Part shown: in pieces, positions 35,889 through 45,666 of the stretch
Layout: each line of letters opens with the position of its first letter
How positions within the stretch are numbered: the first letter of the stretch is position 1
Source of the DNA: Octopus bimaculoides
Lineage: Eukaryota
Direction of reading: 5' to 3'
NCBI RefSeq assembly: GCF_001194135.2
Contig: NC_068993.1
Coordinates: forward strand, 42,243,325-42,288,990
DNA length: 45,666 nt
Position numbers and translations under genes: made by a program
The notes under the pieces: model-generated
The model's input: the letters and a program-made list of their open reading frames with translations, nothing else
The model's database searches: none
Told to the model about the DNA's origin: nothing

Positions 35889-38800
35889 TCCAGTATACCA
35901 CTATTCTAAGGCCCTAGTTTTGATATTTCTTTAAGAGAAGTATATAATAATGAAATATTAAAAATAAGGTTGTTGGGGTTTTTTTCCAACCACCGGTGGG
36001 GCATACTTTTTTCAAGCATTTCTAGGTTGGGAGGCACTTTTTTAGTTTAAGTCCGCTATAGATCTGTAAAAGCAGAAAATTTATCTGTGATAAAAATAGT
36101 TTCCTGTTCACGTTTCACAGCATAGGTATAGTAGACTGTAGTAGATTGTGGATCATAAAATTTTAATGTAGAAGGCACAGGTCAAATTATTATATGCAAA
36201 TGTAATTAGGTTTTTATATTGCAGTTGGCGAGGAAAAAATATGGAATTGATGCGTCAACATTCTTTTTTTAATGAAATACATAAATTTTCAAAAGCATGC
36301 TAATGAAAAACGATGAAGAAAAATTGTAATATTGGCGATCACCTGAATTAGATTCTCTTGTTGAGGTTATAAAATAGATTGGACTTTTCATGAATATGCA
36401 TAAAACTTCTGTATGAGATTAATTTCACATATGTTCGTGTTGTAGTAGGAGTTAGACTAATTAAAGGTGTCATGGATTGGCAAGGAGCATATTATGAATG
36501 TGGAGCAATCGTAAGAAATAAATGATGTGGATATAGATGAGGAAGAAACTAATTTGGTGATGATAAAGAAAGAGCTATTAAATAATTGAATTGGCGAAAA
36601 AGATTAATGAGAGAAATTATAATTACATCAGGATGAGAAATTAAAAATTATGGTTTCTGAGTTTGCTTAACGTCATCAGCAATGACTTAATTTAGTTTCC
36701 AGTGTATAGGTAAAGAATTTAATTTAAAACAATTGATTATATACTGCATATTTACCATATATATTTGAAAAACAATTTAGTTTTTCACATGATTCTAATA
36801 TGGAAATAATTATAGTTAAGCATTTTGCAATCAACAGTTTGATAGAAAAACGAATTAGGTAGGAAATATTTTCTGGCATTCATTTAAAGACTGGGATTTT
36901 CAAAAACAAAATAAAATACACTAATGCAACATTATTGCTTCAGCTCTGAGTATTTGGTAATATAGTGACACAAAATATTTTTGGAATGGAACTGACAACC
37001 GACCCGTGAACTGGATTTGGCGTGAAAACGGTTAATATAGGAAAGGATATCTATGATTTAATCATTAACTATTTAGTATGCAGAACGCTTCCCTGACGTG
37101 AATACCGCCAACTATATTGTTGTTTTATAATACATGTGATTATAAAACTTTGACTGATAAGAAGAATATGTTCGATAATATCCATCAAATAGGCAGATTT
37201 AATCAAGCTCATGCATAATAAACACATTTCTATTACAAAAAAAATAACAATCGATTTATATACTAGTTATTATTTATATAATACATTTACTTGCCCTGAT
37301 GCATTATAGATACTTCTTATTTCCAAGAAGTAGAACAAGAAATTCCAAATTTTAGCATTATTCACAATAAATAAATAAATAAATAAATAAACAAAAGTGT
37401 TTCATAAATATAACCGTTATTAAAATTATCTTTTTCACGTTTCGGGGATCTGTCCTTCGTCTCAGAGCAAATTGTGTTTGAGTATCCCTAGTATTCTAAA
37501 CGAATAAGGTTTTCCCAAACTTTTTTCCACTTTGTTTTCTTTTATGATACTAATACACATTTAGATTTCCAGCTATATTTCCTGAGTTAACAGGCGTTAG
37601 TTGTACACAAACAATTGCTACTAAACTACTTTGCATTAAAAATCTACTATAAAACTGCACCTCACCCACATGATATCTGCCTTTTCTCGTGATATAATTA
37701 AAGATTTGGTGAATTACTACAGCTAATTATCAGATATATATTTAATGAAACTATGTTGTTATTAGATATTACGTTTAACAATGTCCGTAAATTTCGGATT
37801 TACTAAAGCAAATTCCAATGGATGCAATAATTTACAAATCAAATTGTCGAACCAGAACAGTGTGTCCTCACTCATCTTCAGAGATTTTTCTATTATATGC
37901 CCTACATAAAAATTGTTACAAACATTATCAAGAAACTTTGCGTCATATTATATGTTCTGTAAAATATATCCAGTAACACATCTGACACTATGAAATACTC
38001 TCAACTAGAACATTTCATATGTTGCCCGAAACAAAGACTGAATTTTTACCTGGTCCATAACTCTGCAAGAAATAGACGCCAAATCCCTATCAAATCACAC
38101 CGTATCTTCTTAAATAATAATTCACTGGTTAAATCAGATTTAGATGCCAATTTAAAAAATAAAGATGTCATGGCTTTTGTATTCTAATACGTTTCATTAC
38201 AGACTGGCCAATGATGGCCAAAATTTCGAACTTACTGTCACTGCTATTCTTGTTAAATAATAATACGTACACACACATGTATATATAAATGTGCGCGTGT
38301 GTGAGAGACAGAGTGTGTGTGCGTGTGTGCGTGCGTGTGTGTGTACGTGTGTGTTTGCGTGTGTGCTTGTATGTGTTGTGTGGTGTGTGTGTGTGTGTGC
38401 GCGCGCGCGCGCCACACGACATTTCAGTCTTAGCAATTTATTTATGAACAAAGTTTTCTGCAATTTCTCATTAAATATTTAGTGAATTTCTGCACAGTTT
38501 CCATGTACAAAATTGTACTTGCATGACTTTGGTCAGCCTTATGCTAGGTTAGAAGACAAGTAATTGCCGAAATTTCCATTCAGACAAAATGAGATGATGA
38601 ATTAATAAGTTGCTTGATTGAATTTAATATTGGATTAAGGGAATGTTATGATCAATGGCAATAAAAGAAAATAATGTATACAACACGACAATTTATCTAC
38701 ATAAAAGAAATTCGTGGGTTAAACTAGGACTCACTTTCATTTATCATACCAGTAAAACTATCTCCTACATGAGTCACGAAATGATTTTATTACGTTGACT

Positions 38801-40109
38801 GTAAATATGTATATTGGGAAGACAATCTATTCTGCGATAGATTGTGGTTTCATCAATATTATATTAGAAAATTAGATGGTCTATATTGATGATAGAAATA
38901 TTTTGATCAGGTATCAGATAATTTCGTAGAATTACAATTCAAGTTAATTAAAAGGAGAAAACTAATTTTCAGTTTATCTGCTGCAATCGTATCCAAAGCC
39001 TAATATTGATGCTGGTCGATGAATAAAAATATTTGTTAGGTTCACTTCAATTACAATGCCGTTATCAGGAATTAGTTACACATTGTTTCATATTTGCAAA
39101 TAAATGCCCATTATTGACAATGAGTTAGTTTGGTTTTTCTTAAATACAAAGGCCCGACCATATGAACAAAGTTCATAATATTTATTTGAAAAATCAACTT
39201 TTGCAGTTCAAATGTTAAAAAAAAAAACTAATGAGCTATCGATGTAATTAAAGAAAAGAAAAATAAAATGTTTTATACAACATATCTGAAAAGTTGATCT
39301 AGAAGCAGAATCGATACTTTTTGCTAATCATAAAAGACAAGACAGTGGTAATTCCAATGTCTGTATGTTGTGTGTTCGTGCTGTGTGCGCACGTGTCTGT
39401 ATATGTTGTGTATCTGTGATTTTGGTTTGTTTGTTTAAAATAAAAACTCAGATGATTACACAAATGAAAACAGAAGTAAAATATATGCAAACTCATTGTT
39501 AATTAATCACATGTCTTACTTTATCTTTGCTACACAACGTCGCCATAATTACTGCTTAGCAAAAATATTCCACTGATTTAGTATAGAAATCTATAAAAGA
39601 AATGCAACAAGCTAATCATTATTTAACGGTGCTAAACTAAAAAGAATTGTATGACGGTTTAAATATATATCGAAATGCAAAACTGTCTATCTCTCCCACC
39701 CTCTCACATACTCTCTCTCTCCCCCTGTGTTTATTTAGTGTTTTATTAGATGAATATATTGTCAATAGAAATACAAACAATAGGTTATAAACTGAAAGAT
39801 GTTTGCAGTCTTGCAAACTAATATTGCATAACTGTTAAACTGTAAAAACGACAAAAAAATTTACGTGTCAGATTATATTTTAAATAATAGTTTCTATCTC
39901 ATGCTGAACAACATCTGTGTATCTATAAATGCAGAGTAATCACTAGTTACTTCTTTATATGTATTTAGCACACTATCGATGTATTATTGTGTAAATGGCA
40001 AAGCACATATCTATATATTAAGAATATTAGAATTCTTTGCAATTTTGAAGGACGAAAATAGATTTTCGAAAGATTTCATGCAAATAAAAATTATATTTAT
40101 GAATCAAAA

Positions 40110-40320
40110 CCAGTAATATGAAACGTTGGGGACTGACAGTATACTGAGTTTGGTAGAAACACCTGGCCTAGAGTCGACAACATATGACACAATAAAACTC
40201 ATGCTGTTGTGCGGGAGTTTTGTAGCCTCCCTCAGTAAAAGGCTCCGGGCAGCTCTGGTGTTGCGGTGGGAGCTGAAATAAGTACAGAGTCACTTCACCA
40301 CCTGATGAGACACTGACGCC
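40110..40320 (+). mobile_element. Probable Ty3/Gypsy gag N-terminal remnant
   Basis: Reads TPGLESTTYDTIKLMLL...VASLSKRLR..L...EL, then LHHLMRH in another frame, resembling the YDTLK...SASEEQRLRQLL...EL...LLRHM motif of invertebrate Gypsy gag. An alternative minus-strand exon reading also exists. Confidence 0.5.
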
Positions 40321-40397
40321 TATATTCAAAAACGGAGTACAGGAAGCATCCTCAGCACAGAATTAATTACCCTACATTGTTATTTAATTATTCTTAC

Positions 40398-40481
40398 GAA
40401 CGGGCTCTTTATTTTTACAGCGTACATAAATGTGAAAACCAGACTGTGGTAAATTTGTTTTGAACCTTAATTTCACCGACA
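40398..40481 (-). CDS. Candidate exon C: C-terminal strands of a CUB-like domain (SVKLRFKTNLPQSGFHIYVRCKNKEPV)
   Basis: Acceptor TGTTTCCCTTTTGGCATATCTGAAG| and donor TTC|GTAAGA; 84 bp, phase 1-1. The LxF...GFxIY pattern is typical of CUB ends, which usually finish at a phase-1 intron. Confidence 0.55.
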
Positions 40482-41709
40482 CTTCAGATATGCCAAAAGG
40501 GAAACATCCAAAATTAAGAAGTTCAAAGCCGAATCTTTTTTTAACTAATATGCACACCCAACCGCTTCAAGTACACACAAACTAAATGCATCAAACTTGG
40601 GCAAACTTTCTCAAAAAGTAGTTTGCATGAGAGAAAGCTCATCATCAGATGGACTGCACTACTAAAAAAAATTCAAGATACTTTTTCGTTAAGCGTGCCG
40701 TTCAGAAAATCCCGTGTTAACCATGACTAAAATAATACATCCTCGATATGAGTCTCTTACATAGGTAGAAAGAGAACCACAATAGGTTGAGCTACGATGA
40801 GAATCTCAACGTGGTAGCTTTATCTGCTAGAAAGAAAGAGATAAATCTCCATTAAATCTCACCCAATAGGTTTTAATAAGGAAAAACACACTAGATATAC
40901 ACGCAAGGAATACGAAGGTCGTAGTTGTAACGCATTTGACCATAGTCTGCTGGGGAAGAGCGAACTTAGTGCTAAACAGCAATAGCATTTCTTATCTTCG
41001 AAAAGAGTGAGGAAAGACATTCTGACTTCGTCATCTCTGATTTAATTACCCTGTTATATTGAAATATAGGATGTTGGCCTTGCTTTTGTTGTTGTTGTTG
41101 TTTTCGTTGTTGCTGTTGTCATTGTTGTTCCTATAATTGCTTTTGTCCATGTGCTTGTGGCTGTCATTGTTATGTTATTGTTGTCGTAGTTGTTATTCTT
41201 ATTACTGTTCCTGATATCATTGTTATTATTGTTGTTTAGCCACAGGACAACCCGTAATCGAGCAAAATTAATAATCAAACAATAGCCAAAATTCTTTAAA
41301 AGTATGTAGGAAGAAAATATCGAATCTGTCCTTTCCTCAAATAGAGGTAGTTACGTAGGTAAATGTTTCTGCGTTTATATAATTCATTGGCCACAATTTG
41401 AAGTCAAAAACTCGTATACAATTATTGGCAAATATTCAAAGATAGAATCAATTTTCCACAAACCATTCAATGTTTACACTTAGAGATTTCGTGAAATTAT
41501 TTCAAATTATTTCAAGCAAATTGGGAATAGTGATTCTTGCTGCGTCTCCAGAATTGGATCCAACTTGGAGTCTAATCATATTAGCATAAAAGGGAGATAA
41601 GAGTAATATCAATTAGTATTAGCTTAATGCATTTAAGTAACAGGATTTAGCACGAATGTAAATGGAACTGTATGTTTAAATGAAATAGTAATTACAAATT
41701 CTAAGCTAC

Positions 41710-41814
41710 AATAACGCCAACTATCGTTGTCTTTGAAATGGATAGGCATGGAATCCATGTCATCAGAAATTTCAGCTATTTTAATTCCGATGTCGCAGTT
41801 CGAGAAATCGGATT
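41710..41814 (-). CDS. Candidate exon B: middle of a CUB-like domain (SDFSNCDIGIKIAEISDDMDSMPIHFKDNDSWRY)
   Basis: Acceptor GTCTTTCTACTGCACCTGTATAAAG|; only the phase-1 frame is open, and the in-register antisense frame is open too. Three weak phase-1 donors (ends 41722, 41716 or 41710), all compatible with exons A and C. Confidence 0.4.
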
Positions 41815-42199
41815 CTTTATACAGGTGCAGTAGAAAGACCTCCCATATTTTACAGGCTTGTTAGTGTGGGCCAAGTGACGTTAGACAGATGTTGATGGTG
41901 CTTTCATGTAGCTACCGTTATGGCTTAAACCAGTGCATAATGAGCAGTTTACCAAGAATGGTGAATCTAGGAGGGTTTTTGTTTTTAATTTCATTCCCTG
42001 AATGAATTTACTTTGTAATTTGCACATATCATCGTACCGTTGGTTTTCCTTTAGCTTTCGATTACGAAATCTGAATTTCCCTTTACTATCCACCCATCCA
42101 CCTTCTCTACCCAGTATTCCTGGGAGAGTGGTGGTGGTGGTGCTGGTGGTGGTGTGGTTGGAAAATTCTCTTGAACCTCCTCCGTAGAGTCCAATCAGA

Positions 42200-42597
42200 A
42201 AACAAAACAGTCATTACTCTCCAGCACGGCAAGCGCTCCCTTGGCGGCCAGAGGAAACCCTTTAAAGACAGCCTAAAGGTATCACTAAAGGCCTTCAAAA
42301 TTGACCCGTCATCATGGGAGCAGACAGCTTTAGATAGGACCAAGTGGCGGGCCGCTGTTCACAACGGCGCCCGCCAATGTGAAAGTGACAAGAAAGCTGC
42401 TTCAGAGAAGCGCAAGCAGAACAGAAAGAACAATGCTTTGAAGCCCCTGGCACCTGCTACCATCCCCTGTCTCTACTGCAGCAGATCTTTCCAAGCGCGG
42501 ATTGGGCTTATCAACCATCTCCGCACTCACCGATGATGACCTCCTCACCCGCCTCTAGGATGATCAGATGGTCCTCGTCGTTCCGAAGGACGAACAT
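42200..42597 (+). mobile_element. 5'-truncated RTE/BovB-like LINE 3' end with C-terminal C2H2 finger
   Basis: Uninterrupted frame LQHGKRSLGGQRKPFKDSLK...WEQTALDRTKWRAAV...CLYCSRSFQARIGLINHLRTHR*, with short 3' UTR ending GATGGTCCTCGTCGTTCCGAAGGACGAAC. Confidence 0.9.
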
Positions 42598-43195
42598 GTG
42601 TGTGTCACTCGCAGATCTCCTATCCGTAGGCTCGGCTTGAAGAGACCGCCTTGTGATTTTTTCCTGCCACACTGGAGTTGTGACCTCTCAATGCAGAGAA
42701 ATAGTATCTCAACATGGAGAAGTCCCTGACCTCCAAGCTAAGTACTTTGTCGAATAAGTTTACTTTATATATTCTTCCCAGGAAACCCTGATTCCGTCGC
42801 TTATATTCGCGATCTTTCTCTTTAATTTTCTTTATCATTTTTTTCTTTTACTTTTATAACTGTTTTACATATTTTGTGTTCATTAACAAAACTGTGTTTC
42901 ACACAATATTTTCCTTTACGCCCACTTATTTTACCCCTAACCAATCTGCTGATAGATAATCAAAGAAAATATCGAAATATGTTCAAATATTCATTTCGCT
43001 ATATTTTTTGATATTCATAAATTTTCACTTGAACTTGGATCAATACGTTATACGAGCAGAATACAAATTATGAATTGTATTTCTCTATAATAATGATATT
43101 TACTTCACAGATGCCCATCAGATTAAAATAAGGCATGAACTTCTTACTAACTTTTGAAAAAGAAATCACCAAAATATTAATGAATAATGTATGAA

Positions 43196-43890
43196 TAGGC
43201 TCAAGCTTGGCTGTGTGGTAAGACGCTTGTTTCCTAACTGCATGGTTGGGAGTTCAATTCCACTTTCTGGTACTTTGGACAAGTGTTTTCTAATACAGCC
43301 CCTGGCCAATCAAGGCCCTATCAGAGGAGTTAGATAGACGGAAACTGCAAGAACCCCGTAGTGTGTACTTATGCATATGTGTATTTGTATGTGTGTGTGT
43401 GTGTGTGTAAATATATATAAATATATGTACGTATATATATATATATANNNNNNNNNNNNNNNNNNNNNNNNNNNNNNNNNNNNNNNNNNNNNNNNNNNNN
43501 NNNNNNNNNNNNNNNNNNNNNNNNNNNNNNNNNNNNNNNNNNNNNNNNNNNNNNNNNNNNNNNNNNNNNNNNNNNNNNNNNNNNNNNNNNNNNNNNNNNN
43601 NNNNNNNNNNNNNNNNNNNNNNNNNNNNNNNNNNNNNNNNNNNNNNNNNNNNNNNNNNNNNNNNNNNNNNNNNNNNNNNNNNNNNNNNNNNNNNNNNNNN
43701 NNNNNNNNNNNNNNNNNNNNNNNNNNNNNNNNNNNNNNNNNNNNNNNNNNNNNNNNNNNNNNGTTTACTTCCCTGCGATTCGGCAAAAAATAACAAGCGA
43801 TTAAGCATCAGTCTTTAAAGTAAAGTAAGTACTTGGGCTGATTCGTTCGACAAAATGCTCCAAGGAGATGCCCCAACTTGGCTGTAGAAG
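43196..43890 (+). mobile_element. Family A SINE, degenerate, with gap-spanning internal microsatellite
   Basis: TGGCTGTGTGGTAAGA head, GAGTTCAATTCC B-box, GACGGAAACTGCAAGAA body, (TG)n(TA)n-gap, 3' GATTCGGCAAAA...GATTCGTTCGAC tail. Confidence 0.8.
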
Positions 43891-44173
43891 TATTCAGTCT
43901 CGACAATGTACAGATTTCCTCTCACAAAGTGTTTTTCATTTTACCTCTTTCTCCACTTTTTTCTCTCCACTTCCATCCCTTCTATAGTGTAAGCGAGAAA
44001 CAGATTTATTAAATAGATATACATCCTCAAATTTATTGCGCCTAAAACTAATGCTGGCAGATTTATGCTTTTCTTGGGGGTGTATATAGTTTCAAGAGAG
44101 AAATCAAAAGCCAGTAGTTGACCTATTGGTTACTTGTATTTAGTATTATGTATGTTGAAGGAACATAAAGTAC

Positions 44174-44388
44174 TTCCAATAAACATAGCATCAAATATTG
44201 ATTTCTCCTCCGCCATGAAGCGGAAAATGCAATGTTGGACGTCACTGCCGTCGAAGTAACCATTAGGGAAAAAAGGCTGAAAGTAGGGACTCGTCAAGAG
44301 AGGAAAGGAAGCTGACAAAAATAACCCTCGGATCCCAACTGCATAGCTACCACACTCCAGATCTGTCCTGATCTTTTTGCCAGGGGTT
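44174..44388 (-). CDS. Candidate exon A: N-terminal half of a CUB-like domain
   Basis: About 92-codon stop-free minus frame in GC-richer unique DNA: TPGKKIRTDLECGSYAVGIRGLFLSASFPLLTSPYFQPFFPNGYFDGSDVQHCIFRFMAEEKSIFDAMFIG, fitting CG...GxFxSxxFP...Y...CxFxFxA. The boundaries (acceptor CTGTAAG|, donor GAA|GTACTT) are only moderate. Confidence 0.55.
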
Positions 44389-45079
44389 CTTACAGGTCAG
44401 AAATAGCTTTATATAGTAGTCATTATCGAAATATTCGGTAGGCGATACAGATTGAACGAAAGATACCGTAGGTGATGACGACGATGATGATGATGATGAG
44501 GAGGAGGAGGAGGGGGATGTTGATGCTGGTTGTGGTGGTGATGATGGTAGTGGTGGTGGTGGTAGTGGTGGTGGTGGTGATGATGATTATGATGACGATG
44601 ATGACGACTATGACGGCGATTCTGTGTACTGCATTACTATCGATAGTTGTATGTACCAAAACGTATAGATATAAATATATGGGAGAATATACAAAAAATA
44701 ACAACAGACGAGGACAGGTGGTGTAAATAACAAAAGTATATATTAGTATGACGCTCGGGAATACGGAAAGTCTTTGACGTTTCGAGCTACGCTCTTCAAC
44801 AGAAAGAATACGGAGACAAGGAGAAAAACACGGAGAAAAAAAATTGAATANNNNNNNNNNNNNNNNNNNNNNNNNNNNNNNNNNNNNNNNNNNNNNNNNN
44901 NNNNNNNNNNNNNNNNNNNNNNNNNNNNNNNNNNNNNNNNNNNNNNNNNNNNNNNNNNNNNNNNNNNNNNNNNNNNNNNNNNNNNNNNNNNNNNNNNNNN
45001 NNNNNNNNNNNNNNNNNNNNNNNNNNNNNNNNNNNNNNNNNNNNNNNNNNNNNNNNNNNNNNNNNNNNNNNNNNNNNNN

Positions 45080-45117
<38 letters not shown>

Positions 45118-45515
45118 AAATAATGTTAGGATTTATTACAGACAACAAATGATATAAGCATAGGAAAGAACCAACAACCTTTCCGCTATGCATGTGAAAG
45201 TTCATTACGCTGTATTCTCTTTCTCCAGAAGTTACAGGGAACCACTCAATTATAAGCAAATGATATATTTTTATACATAAAAAAAATGATAGATAATATA
45301 GAAAAAAAACATCTTGATAGAATCTTGTTTTGTTTTGCCTTCTCTGCTTTCTTTTCTTTTTGTCTCAAATATGTTTGATGAGAGAAGAAACTCCTCTGTT
45401 GGTCATCTATAACATCGACAGAGAAGATTAAAATAGATGTGTCTCAATGGTTGCCAAGCAAAAACAAAATCTAACCATACATCATCATATTCAATTACGC
45501 GGGATACGTTTTCAT

Positions 45516-45516
<1 letters not shown>

Positions 45517-45576
<60 letters not shown>

Positions 45577-45666
45577 TGATGATGTTGATGATGATGATGT
45601 TGATGATGATGAAGATGATGATGGTGATGCTGATGGTGATGATGATGATGATGATGATGATGATGA
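45517..45666. repeat. (AAT)n(GAT)n microsatellite
   Basis: Directly visible. Confidence 0.95.

Noticed and set aside
38974-39075. Minus frame LIPDNGIVIEVNLTNIFIHRPASILGFGYDCSR, superficially CUB-like
   Set aside because: Bounded by stops on both sides, with no AG acceptor after the upstream stop.
42620-42838. 72-aa minus ORF containing VLSLEVRDFSML
   Set aside because: The weak beta-strand pattern could be chance; purine-rich upstream context and poor splice sites.

Overview
Eukaryotic, AT-rich, mostly non-coding DNA with many N-gaps, most flanked by (TA)n. The SINE families and extreme microsatellite density resemble Octopus (coleoid cephalopod) DNA; this is inferred from remembered sequence similarity, not a search. 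Nearly all listed ORFs are artefacts of microsatellites or N-runs. Interpretable content: (1) many tRNA-derived SINEs of three types (Deu/Nin-domain, Meta-domain, and a family with an internal TA/TG microsatellite); (2) three dead Tc1/mariner-superfamily transposons (maT-like, pogo/Tigger-like, mariner) and a 709-bp MITE with 28-bp TIRs and an apparent 6-bp TSD; (3) LINE debris: a YADD-bearing RTE resembling decapod RTEs, an RTE 3' end with a C2H2 finger, and three R4/Dong pieces in reversed order; (4) a probable Ty3/Gypsy gag remnant; (5) a candidate minus-strand host gene. Three phase-compatible putative exons (44174-44388, about 41710-41814, 40398-40481) join into a divergent CUB-like domain, with weaker exon candidates near 0.7-1.8 kb. 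No CRISPR, rRNA or true tRNA genes are visible, and I found no clearly new biological system; the best leads are listed as findings.
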